From a virus (lineage: Duplodnaviria; Caudoviricetes): a stretch of DNA of 32,438 nt. Within the stretch, counting starts at the first letter, position 1; each line of letters begins with the position of its first letter. The notes under the pieces were generated by a model, which saw nothing but the letters and a program-made list of their open reading frames with translations, searched no databases and had not been told where the DNA came from. The DNA lies in IMG/VR virus record IMGVR_UViG_3300030376_000956, positions 1 through 32,438 of that record. One strand, written 5' to 3'. The position numbers and the translations under genes were made by a program. Positions 1 through 7,452 of this stretch are shown here, in pieces.

Positions 1-86
1 AGCTATGAATTTATACTTTGGTTATCGTTATGGTAAGCCTAAAGAATCAGTAGATATTAATTCTAGTGAGGGCTTTAACATCAATT
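1..86. repeat. Terminal direct repeat, left copy (circular assembly overlap)
   Basis: Identical to 32353-32438 except C79 versus T32431. Confidence 0.97.
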
Positions 87-112
87 TCAAAGACCTTATT
101 AAGTTTAAATGA
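2..112 (+). CDS. terS: 3' part of terminase small subunit (continues from 32198 across the circular junction)
   Basis: AMNLYFGYRYGKPKESVDINSSEGFNINFKDLIKFK*; stop TGA 110-112 overlaps the terL ATG (ATGA). Confidence 0.8.
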   Translation, partial: AMNLYFGYRYGKPKESVDINSSEGFNINFKDLIKFK

Positions 113-1317
113 TAGACATAAATAAGAAGTATGCACCTATCTCACAAGCTGAATCAAGATACTTTATAATAACTGGAGGTAGAGGATCAGGAAAGTCTTT
201 TAGCATAAACCTCCTTTTAGTATTACTTACTTACGAAAAAGGACATACAATACTATTTACTAGATACACCTTAGCCTCTGCTTATGTATCTATCATACCA
301 GAATTTATTGATAAGCTAGAACAGCTAGATATATTTGATGACTTCTATATAACAAAAGATGAGATTAAAAATAAGCGTTCTGGGAGCAAGATAATCTTCA
401 AGGGTATAAAGACATCATCTGGAGACCAAACAGCTAACCTGAAGTCTCTACAGGGCGTTACAACCTTTGTATTAGATGAAGCAGAAGAACTAACATCAGA
501 AGATACATTTGATAAGATAGATTTATCTGTAAGACAACAAGGAAGCCACAATAGAGTTATATTAATATTAAACCCTACTAGCAAAGAGCATTGGATATAT
601 AGAAGATACTTTGAGGATAAAGGAATACAGGAGGGGTCTAATATAACCAAAGACAATACTACATATATACATACTACATACCTAGACAATAAAGACAACT
701 TATCAGAAAGTTATTTACAGCAAATAGAGAACATAAAGAAAAGGAGACCTGAGAAATATAAACATCAAATGCTTGGAGGTTGGCTAAGTGCAGCAGAGGG
801 GGTAATATTTACCAACTGGAATATAGGTAGTTTTAGGGAGGTAGGTGTAACTGTATATGGACAAGATTATGGATTTGCTGCTGATCCCTCCACTCTAATA
901 GCTACCAGTATAGACATAGCAAATAAAAAGATATATCTAAAAGAATGTTTTTATAAACCTCGATTAACTACTACTCAGCTCATTACTTTAAATAAACAAT
1001 TTGCAGGGAACTCCTTAATAGTAGGAGATTCAGCAGAGCCTAGACTACTATCAGAAATCAAAGCCTCTGGATGTAATATAGTCAAGAGTATTAAAGGACA
1101 AGGATCAATAACCTTTGGTATTAGCCTATTACAAGACTATGATTTAATAGTAGATCAGGACAGTATAAACCTCATCAAAGAGCTTAACAATTATGCTTGG
1201 TTGGAGAGAAAGTCTAACACTCCAATAGACAAATTCAATCATTTAATTGATGCAATTCGCTATGCTATTACCTATCAACTTCAGAATAAAAACAGGGGTA
1301 GCTACTATCTTTCTTAA
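109..1317 (+). CDS. terL: Terminase large subunit, PBSX-like
   Basis: Walker A GGRGSGKS, Walker B FVLDEAEE, LNP coupling motif, nuclease motifs QDYGF, DSAEP, NHLIDAIRYA. Confidence 0.97.
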   Translation: MIDINKKYAPISQAESRYFIITGGRGSGKSFSINLLLVLLTYEKGHTILFTRYTLASAYVSIIPEFIDKLEQLDIFDDFYITKDEIKNKRSGSKIIFKGIKTSSGDQTANLKSLQGVTTFVLDEAEELTSEDTFDKIDLSVRQQGSHNRVILILNPTSKEHWIYRRYFEDKGIQEGSNITKDNTTYIHTTYLDNKDNLSESYLQQIENIKKRRPEKYKHQMLGGWLSAAEGVIFTNWNIGSFREVGVTVYGQDYGFAADPSTLIATSIDIANKKIYLKECFYKPRLTTTQLITLNKQFAGNSLIVGDSAEPRLLSEIKASGCNIVKSIKGQGSITFGISLLQDYDLIVDQDSINLIKELNNYAWLERKSNTPIDKFNHLIDAIRYAITYQLQNKNRGSYYLS

Positions 1318-1333
1318 ATAAAGTTATTAAATA

Positions 1334-1365
1334 TTTGGTGGATAACTTATTTATTCATATCTTTG
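1334..1365 (+). promoter_or_regulatory. Bacteroidota housekeeping-sigma promoter
   Basis: TTTG (1334-1337), 20-nt spacer, TATCTTTG (1358-1365) matches the -33/-7 consensus TTTG-N19-21-TAnnTTTG; directly upstream of the RNA genes. Confidence 0.85.
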
Positions 1366-1384
1366 CTTTGTGTTTAAGTTTGAA

Positions 1385-1450
1385 AGAGGAGACAAAGTGT
1401 GAGCTAGGGGTCGAATCCCTACAGCAGAGGTGCAAGTCCTCTCTCCTTTT
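1385..1450 (+). ncRNA. D-armless tRNA-like RNA with two T-loop-like hairpins
   Basis: Closing stem AGAGGAG/CTCCTTT, hairpin TAGGG-GTCGAAT-CCCTA, 4-nt linker, hairpin AGAGG-TGCAAGT-CCTCT. Confidence 0.6.
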
Positions 1451-1456
1451 CTAAAT

Positions 1457-1530
1457 TGCGAGGTAGAGCAGTTGGTCAGCTCGTTAGGCTCATAACCTAA
1501 AGGTCGGAGGTTCGAATCCTCCTCTCGCAT
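1457..1530 (+). tRNA. tRNA-Met(CAT), initiator-like, CCA not encoded
   Basis: Acceptor TGCGAGG/TCTCGCA, D arm GAGC/GCTC, anticodon arm TTAGG-CTCATAA-CCTAA, T arm GGAGG-TTCGAAT-CCTCC. Confidence 0.95.
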
Positions 1531-1552
1531 CTAATTTTTAAAAAATTTTATT

Positions 1553-1756
1553 ATGAAAATTAAATTTGATAAATATAAAGGACACGACCTCCATCTAAAA
1601 GGGAATGAGGTATGGAGTTATAAAACCCATATTGCTACAATCGCTGATGCTAAATTATTTCCAACTAAGTCAATGGATATGAGTTTCTTTAAAAAGTTTC
1701 ATTTGGAACAGCTTAGTTATGTTGCTAATCAGCTTGACTTAAAATTAAAAAAATGA
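1553..1756 (+). CDS. Hypothetical protein (early island)
   Basis: 67-aa ORF, AT-rich leader, ATGA overlap with the next ORF. Confidence 0.7.
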   Translation: MKIKFDKYKGHDLHLKGNEVWSYKTHIATIADAKLFPTKSMDMSFFKKFHLEQLSYVANQLDLKLKK

Positions 1757-1998
1757 GTAATATAGATTTAAGTAAAAGAAAATATTTTGAAATAGAAGTA
1801 AAAACAAGTATTACTTTGGATGCAGAATCAAAAGAAGAAGCCATTAAAAAATTTGAGGCTCGATATGTAAATTGTGATTGGGATTCTTATGATGCACCTC
1901 AATATGATTTTGAAATGACTGGCAAAATGTGGGATATTCCATTTGAGCCTGAACATAACTGGGTTAAATTATTAGTTAATGATAAAAAAGAAGTATAA
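1753..1998 (+). CDS. Hypothetical acidic protein (early island)
   Basis: 81-aa ORF coupled to the upstream gene. Confidence 0.7.
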   Translation: MSNIDLSKRKYFEIEVKTSITLDAESKEEAIKKFEARYVNCDWDSYDAPQYDFEMTGKMWDIPFEPEHNWVKLLVNDKKEV

Positions 1999-2002
1999 TA
2001 AA

Positions 2003-2092
2003 ATGAAAAAGGTAATAAATAAAATAGTAGATTTTATATTCTTGTTATTGCTGTTTGGCTTAACTTGGATTTCTTTAGTTATATTTGCATAA
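2003..2092 (+). CDS. Small single-pass membrane protein (29 aa)
   Basis: MKKVINKIVDFIFLLLLFGLTWISLVIFA*; TAATG overlap with the next gene; absent from the ORF track. Confidence 0.6.
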   Translation: MKKVINKIVDFIFLLLLFGLTWISLVIFA

Positions 2093-2373
2093 TGGATAAA
2101 ATACAGAACTTACACGATCTCGAATATTTTACTAATATCTCTTTATCCTGTGAACTGGCTTTAAAGTGGAGTAAGGCAAGACCTAAGAACAAAGAAGTTC
2201 AGGCTCTTTCTAAAGCTCTTACTGATATTGCTTTTTATGTAAACAGAATACAGGGAGACCTCCAAAAGCACAAAGTAGCTATAAGTGATTATAGGCTAGA
2301 CAAGAACGAGGCTCTATTAAAATATAATGAGATTAAAGACAAATTTGATAATTTAAAAAAACTAGAAATATAA
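2092..2373 (+). CDS. Hypothetical coiled-coil protein
   Basis: ATG at 2092 (MDKIQNL) preferred over the TTG at 2065 because of TAATG coupling and a TATATTTG -7 box at 2080-2087. Confidence 0.75.
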   Translation: MDKIQNLHDLEYFTNISLSCELALKWSKARPKNKEVQALSKALTDIAFYVNRIQGDLQKHKVAISDYRLDKNEALLKYNEIKDKFDNLKKLEI

Positions 2374-2414
2374 AAGCCACTTAAAAGTAGTTTATTATAT
2401 TAGTTTGTTTGGTT

Positions 2415-2474
2415 GAGTGAGCAGATACGCATTTTCCTGAGTGGTTTTATGTGTGTTTAGCTCACTCTTTTTTT
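2415..2474 (+). terminator. Long-stem intrinsic terminator closing the early island
   Basis: GAGTGAGC/GCTCACTC plus a 10-bp extension with G-U pairs, followed by T7. Confidence 0.8.
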
Positions 2475-2478
2475 ATTT

Positions 2479-2504
2479 AAAAATGTTAAATTAAAATCGT
2501 TATA
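2479..2504 (+). promoter_or_regulatory. Putative phage late promoter (AAAAAT-N12-TCGTTATA)
   Basis: Motif repeated upstream of several structural operons; ATG follows 5 nt later. Confidence 0.75.
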
Positions 2505-2509
2505 TAGTT

Positions 2510-3160
2510 ATGAAAAAGAAGTTAAGTGTTCCTAATGATCTAAGCGAAATCAGTTTAGGGCAGTATCAGAAGTTCCACAAAATACAAGAACAGAACGATG
2601 ACCCCTATTTTATTCAATGTAAAATGATAGAGATATTTTGCAATTTAGATGCACTAGCTGTTAGGAAAATGAAAATGAATGATGCTGAAAGAGTTTCTAA
2701 TATCATTAATGGAATGTTTGAAAAAAAGCCTCCATTGATTAAGAGTTTTGATTTAGAAGATAAAGAGTATTCTTTTATTCCTGATCTTAATAATATTTCT
2801 TTTGGGGAATATATTGACTTAGATACTAATATATCTGACTGGCAAAATATGCACTTAGCTATGAATGTATTATATAGACCTGTTAAAGAAAAAAGAGGAG
2901 ATAAATATTTAATTGAAGAATACACCTTAGACAGAAAAGATGAAATGGTAGATATGCCTATGTCTGTTGTAATGGGATCAATTTTTTTTTTCTTTCGTTT
3001 AGGGATGGACTTATCAAAAACTATGGCGAACTATTTGGAGAACAATCAAGAGGAAGCCTTGATGGAGTATCTATCTTTAACAGAAAATGGGGATGGTATC
3101 AATCAGTTTACAGTCTCTCTAAAGGAGATGTTACAAGATTTGAAAATATCACTAAACTAG
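2510..3160 (+). CDS. Tail assembly chaperone (lambda gpG-like)
   Basis: 216 aa; contains a T10 slippery run at 2982-2991 with a long open -1 frame. Confidence 0.7.
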   Translation: MKKKLSVPNDLSEISLGQYQKFHKIQEQNDDPYFIQCKMIEIFCNLDALAVRKMKMNDAERVSNIINGMFEKKPPLIKSFDLEDKEYSFIPDLNNISFGEYIDLDTNISDWQNMHLAMNVLYRPVKEKRGDKYLIEEYTLDRKDEMVDMPMSVVMGSIFFFFRLGMDLSKTMANYLENNQEEALMEYLSLTENGDGINQFTVSLKEMLQDLKISLN

Positions 3161-3249
3161 AGCTGCATCAATGTTTAACGATGTTAGCTTTTATGAAAGA
3201 GAAACAGGAACTAGAAAACAAACAAATAAAACGCAATTTTAAAAAATGA
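2983..3249 (+). CDS. -1 frameshift extension of the tail assembly chaperone (gpGT-like, fusion about 246 aa)
   Basis: Open frame FFFLSFRDGLIKNYGELFG...KWGWYQSVYSLSKGDVTRFENITKLELHQCLTMLAFMKEKQELENKQIKRNFKK*, ending in an ATGA overlap with the next gene. Confidence 0.8.
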   Translation, partial: FFFLSFRDGLIKNYGELFGEQSRGSLDGVSIFNRKWGWYQSVYSLSKGDVTRFENITKLELHQCLTMLAFMKEKQELENKQIKRNFKK

Positions 3250-3716
3250 GCAATCAGGGAATAAGAGGGTTTTACCAAATTACTGAAACTATAAAAGACC
3301 AATTACTTGATGATATAAACATCAACACAGTTTCATCTGGAGAAATATCTAATGTTAATCTTGGTAAACAAGACATATTTCCTTTAGGGCATATATTAGT
3401 AAACAGCGTTACAATAGAAGAACAAGCACTAAGATTTAATATTACTGTATTAGTAATGGATATTGTTAATAGATCAAAAGAAGAAACTATAGACAGATTC
3501 AAAGGGAATACTAATGAGCAAAATATATTAAATACTCAATTAAGTGTTATAAACAAATTAATACAAGTTTTAAAAAGAGGATCGTTACATACAGATATGT
3601 ACCAATTAGATGGAGACCCAAGCTGTGAGCCTTTTTATGATAGATTTGAGAATGAATTAGCAGGGTGGTCTGCTAATATGGATATACTAATTTATAACGA
3701 TATAACAATATGCTAA
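3246..3716 (+). CDS. Putative tail terminator / tail completion protein
   Basis: 156 aa, acidic, alpha/beta pattern (FPLGHILVN, FNITVLVMD) compatible with lambda gpU-like proteins; tail context. Confidence 0.55.
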   Translation: MSNQGIRGFYQITETIKDQLLDDININTVSSGEISNVNLGKQDIFPLGHILVNSVTIEEQALRFNITVLVMDIVNRSKEETIDRFKGNTNEQNILNTQLSVINKLIQVLKRGSLHTDMYQLDGDPSCEPFYDRFENELAGWSANMDILIYNDITIC

Positions 3717-3717
3717 A

Positions 3718-4029
3718 ATGAATGTAAGCGAAAACACAAAACTAACTTTAGATTTAAAAACAATAGGAATAATTGTAGCCTTTACAATATCTCTTGCAAC
3801 AACCTATTTAACCTTATCCTCCTCAGTAGCTCAAAATGCAGAAGATGTGGAGGAAATAAAAACAAACTCAGTAAATCCTATTGAGTTCCAGTATAAAGAT
3901 GAGCTTGTAAGATCAACAGTAAAAAGGCTAGAGGAAAAACAAGATGTATTGTCAAAAGACATAAACGAAATAAAAGAAAATTTACAAAAGATAGATGATA
4001 GATTATATCAATTAAGCAGAAAACAGTAA
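3718..4029 (+). CDS. Membrane-anchored coiled-coil protein
   Basis: Hydrophobic segment TIGIIVAFTISLATTYLTL followed by a heptad-rich C-terminus. Confidence 0.75.
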   Translation: MNVSENTKLTLDLKTIGIIVAFTISLATTYLTLSSSVAQNAEDVEEIKTNSVNPIEFQYKDELVRSTVKRLEEKQDVLSKDINEIKENLQKIDDRLYQLSRKQ

Positions 4030-4370
4030 TGAAAAAAACAATACTTATAATATCAATACTAATTAGTGGCTATTCTTATAGTCAAGATTTTAAGAATGAT
4101 ATTAGTGTAGTGCAGTTCTCTGCTTCATTTGTAAAGAGTGCTGAGATGCCATTAAAACCATTTAATGATTATAACATACACTCTTTTTATATAGAAAAAA
4201 ATGGGGATATTTTTAAAAAAGAAAGAATTAAATATCTACCAACTATTATTTTATATCACAATGGAGATGAAGTGATAAGGATAGAATCAGGATTAGATTT
4301 AAAGCTGCCTGAAAATTGTGATAAAGAGATAAATAGACATATAGAGGAATTATTAAAAGACAAATTTTAA
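4029..4370 (+). CDS. Secreted thioredoxin-fold protein lacking CXXC
   Basis: Signal peptide ending SYS-Q; VVQFSASFVKS where FxAxWCxxC is expected; cis-Pro-type motif YLPTIILYHNGDEV. Confidence 0.75.
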   Translation: MKKTILIISILISGYSYSQDFKNDISVVQFSASFVKSAEMPLKPFNDYNIHSFYIEKNGDIFKKERIKYLPTIILYHNGDEVIRIESGLDLKLPENCDKEINRHIEELLKDKF

Positions 4371-4372
4371 CA

Positions 4373-4495
4373 ATGAAAAAACAAACACAAAAAAAATGCG
4401 AGTGTAATTGCACTTGTAAAAGAACAGGACAAGTATGGAAATGGGTAAAAGAAAAGTTATCATCTTTTTGGGCATCATTATCTCAATGGTGGTAA
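4373..4495 (+). CDS. Small Cys/Trp-rich peptide (40 aa)
   Basis: MKKQTQKKCECNCTCKRTGQVWKWVKEKLSSFWASLSQWW*; starts 2 nt after the previous stop. Confidence 0.5.
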   Translation: MKKQTQKKCECNCTCKRTGQVWKWVKEKLSSFWASLSQWW

Positions 4496-4806
4496 CAAGT
4501 ATGAAAGCACAAGATATAGATAAAAAGGCTCATTATTTTGCAGGAGGTTTTGTAGGTGCAATAACTTATAATTTTGTATATGAAGAAACACAGGACAGAA
4601 ACAAAGCTCTATTATCATCTATTGCAAGTGCTTTATTAGTAGGAACAATAAAAGAAATAGCAGACAGTCAAGAACAGAACAACTATTTTGATGGCAAAGA
4701 TTTATTAGCCACAGGTCTTGGAGGTCTGTCTATAGGTTTAACATTTGATTTAATTAACAAGAAAAATGAAAAAAGGTTTTATTATTATCTTATTGCTAAT
4801 AAGTAA
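4435..4806 (+). CDS. YfiM/VanZ-like membrane protein
   Basis: DKKAHYFAG...KEIAD...DGKDLLATGLGG pattern with hydrophobic helices; signal-like N-terminus ending MKA-Q. Confidence 0.7.
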   Translation: MEMGKRKVIIFLGIIISMVVTSMKAQDIDKKAHYFAGGFVGAITYNFVYEETQDRNKALLSSIASALLVGTIKEIADSQEQNNYFDGKDLLATGLGGLSIGLTFDLINKKNEKRFYYYLIANK

Positions 4807-5854
4807 TTTAGCACAAGGACAATTCTTTAAAGACATAGTAAAGTATTCAACTTTATACACCTCTTATACAGAATCAAGTCCATTATGGCAGCCTCAACAA
4901 TACTTTGTAACACAAGCAGGGGAGGTTCAAGACATTACTCCACTACAAACTAACGATTATATGATGAGTTTTGGATGGAGGAGAATAGCAAGGTTTGATT
5001 ACGAAAACAAAGCTAAAAAGTTTTATGATGGGTCAGAACAAAACGCTTCGTTACAATCTAACTCAGGATCAATAAAGGGATTAGAGTATTTATTCCAGTA
5101 TTCACAAGGTAAACAACAAGGTCGAGAGTTTACAAGTCAAAGATATTTTGTTAGATATTTAGCTAAGTATTGGAGTGCTAAAGTAGAGATGCAGCAAAAT
5201 GGTTTAATCAATTTAGATTATAAAGCTGCTGATATTAGAGGGAGGATTCCAATAGGAAAAAAGTTTAGTGTTTCTATAGGCTCAGTAGTTAGAACTCATA
5301 AGCCTTATGGCTACTCTCCTATTGAAGAATATCTATCTCCTCAAGATGTAAACTGGTGGGATTTAGCCTATGAGTATGGATTCCAAGATATAGGATATGG
5401 TATAGATTATGACCTAGATGGTCAATGGGATGAGTTTGACTGGTATTGGTTAAATGAAGATGGGGAAAGAGTAGCAGATACAGACTTAGATTTTAGAAGA
5501 AATGATTATCAAGATATAGTAAACGACTATAATAAAAAAGAAATAGATGCAATAGGAATATTAGGAACACTCTCAGGGGTTGTAGGTTTGGATTTCTACC
5601 ACTATGGAAATAAAGGTAAATGGTGGTTGCATAGTTGGGGTAATGTTTATCCAATTCATAAACATATATATGGAGATGAGAATTTTAGCTATGAAGAATA
5701 TCTAGGAAAAAATGACTGGATGGATTATAATTATGGTGTTATGTTTGGGTGGAACATCACAAAGAAATTTGGTGTATTTACTGAATATGAAAAAACTAAA
5801 TTTTGGGATAAGAGTTTAATGTATTTAAAAGCAGGTTTAAATTGGCAACTATAA
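4766..5854 (+). CDS. Putative outer-membrane beta-barrel protein
   Basis: Signal peptide ending AQG-Q, aromatic-rich alternating strands, C-terminal beta-signal-like YLKAGLNWQL, DxDxDG loop. Confidence 0.75.
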   Translation: MKKGFIIILLLISNLAQGQFFKDIVKYSTLYTSYTESSPLWQPQQYFVTQAGEVQDITPLQTNDYMMSFGWRRIARFDYENKAKKFYDGSEQNASLQSNSGSIKGLEYLFQYSQGKQQGREFTSQRYFVRYLAKYWSAKVEMQQNGLINLDYKAADIRGRIPIGKKFSVSIGSVVRTHKPYGYSPIEEYLSPQDVNWWDLAYEYGFQDIGYGIDYDLDGQWDEFDWYWLNEDGERVADTDLDFRRNDYQDIVNDYNKKEIDAIGILGTLSGVVGLDFYHYGNKGKWWLHSWGNVYPIHKHIYGDENFSYEEYLGKNDWMDYNYGVMFGWNITKKFGVFTEYEKTKFWDKSLMYLKAGLNWQL

Positions 5855-6435
5855 CATTTGATAAGGTAAAAGAAGAACTGGAGAGATATGCTAAATATGT
5901 AATACAGCAATCTCGGAGCAACCTTAGTAGAGATAGGGGGGATAGTAAATACCCTAATAGAAACAACACAGGAGCTTTATATAAGTCTTTATCCTATAAG
6001 CCTGAAATAGAAAAAGGAGCAATGCTTGTTCAGTTTTTTATGGAGGACTATGGAGAGTTTGTAGATGAGGGAGTTAAAGGAGCTAATCCAAATAAATTGC
6101 CTAAAGGATCAAAATGGTCTGGAATACAAAAAGCTCCTACAAGTCCTTATAGATTTGGTTCTGGTTCTGGTAAAAAAGGAGGATTAAGAGCAGCAATAAA
6201 TAAATGGACTGTGCAAAAAGGATTAAAAGGTGTAAGAGATAAAAAGACAGGTAAATTTTTACCTAGAAAATCTATGCAGTATTTAATAACTAGAAGTATT
6301 TTTTTATCAGGATTAAGAGCTACTATGTTTTTTTCAAAGCCTTTTAATCAAGGACAGAAAAAATACCTAGATGCCTTTACAGATGCCTTTGTATTAGATA
6401 TAGAAAAAGGAATAATATTAGGAACAAATAAATAA
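5842..6435 (+). CDS. Putative tail completion / neck protein (HK97 gp10-like)
   Basis: Basic protein with TGALYKSL and YGEFVDEG motifs. Confidence 0.55.
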   Translation: MATITFDKVKEELERYAKYVIQQSRSNLSRDRGDSKYPNRNNTGALYKSLSYKPEIEKGAMLVQFFMEDYGEFVDEGVKGANPNKLPKGSKWSGIQKAPTSPYRFGSGSGKKGGLRAAINKWTVQKGLKGVRDKKTGKFLPRKSMQYLITRSIFLSGLRATMFFSKPFNQGQKKYLDAFTDAFVLDIEKGIILGTNK

Positions 6436-6438
6436 GAA

Positions 6439-7452
6439 ATGGCTACAATACCTTTAAGAAGTCCAAGATACGAAACACTAACAACTCCATCAGGAGCTTT
6501 ATCAGCTAAACTTGAATTAAGTATAGGGGGTAGTTTAAAATATACTATAGTTAAAGACTGTACAGCAGGTGCAGATGTGGTTTTTGAAATAGCTGAATTA
6601 TGCAGAGATTATTTAACTCCAACAGTAGTTTTAAGTCCTCCAGATTATCCTGAAAGTAATCATATTGATATTTCAAGAGCCATAACTTTTTATGATGCTG
6701 TAAATGCAGGGGGTAGTATTGTTCAATATGGTGGTGCAAACACAAATACAGTAACTCATATTGGATTAGATGGTTATGGTACATTTATGGATGGGTACAA
6801 TCCAACAATAGCAACTAGAAAAGTTTTATTTACTCCTAACTATTCAACAAGTCCAGATACCTACGAGCTGTTTGTTCCAACAGGCGCAGATGGTGCATTT
6901 CAATATACTGATTCAGGTGGAGATTTAAAAACTCAAGATTTTTCAGGTGGAGATACAAGTGATACAGTCGAAACAACTACTGTGACTTTTAAAAGAATAG
7001 ATTGCACTAAATATGGAGATGGTAGAAAAATAGTATTTGTTAATAAATGGGGAGCTATACAAGAGCTATGGTTTTTCTTAAAAAGAGTAGAAACGACAAA
7101 TACAAAAAGTGAAACATATCAAAGAAATTTAACTGATTTTTCAACAGCAGGAAGTCCTACTTATGATACTAAAAAACACGCTGTAACTACTTTTAATAAA
7201 CAAGCAAAGAACTCTATTAGTTTAAGCTCTGGGTATTATCCTGAATACACTAATGCTTGGTTTGAAGAACTATTATTATCTGAATATGTTTGGATGGTTA
7301 GACCAACTTCTAATGATCCTGCTACAAATGAAATAGTACCAGTCAATGTCAAAACAAGTAATATGGTTCACAAGACTTCCTTAAATGATAGACTTATAGA
7401 ATACACAATACAATTTGAAGAATCATTTGACTATATAAACAATGTTAGATAA
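6439..7452 (+). CDS. Minor tail protein (distal tail-like)
   Basis: 337 aa, beta-rich, Thr/Gly-rich; coupled to the tail tip gene. Confidence 0.6.
   Translation: MATIPLRSPRYETLTTPSGALSAKLELSIGGSLKYTIVKDCTAGADVVFEIAELCRDYLTPTVVLSPPDYPESNHIDISRAITFYDAVNAGGSIVQYGGANTNTVTHIGLDGYGTFMDGYNPTIATRKVLFTPNYSTSPDTYELFVPTGADGAFQYTDSGGDLKTQDFSGGDTSDTVETTTVTFKRIDCTKYGDGRKIVFVNKWGAIQELWFFLKRVETTNTKSETYQRNLTDFSTAGSPTYDTKKHAVTTFNKQAKNSISLSSGYYPEYTNAWFEELLLSEYVWMVRPTSNDPATNEIVPVNVKTSNMVHKTSLNDRLIEYTIQFEESFDYINNVR

Noticed and set aside
1457-1530. tRNA as attP of a temperate phage
   Set aside because: No integrase or repressor is recognisable and the tRNA is complete with its own promoter
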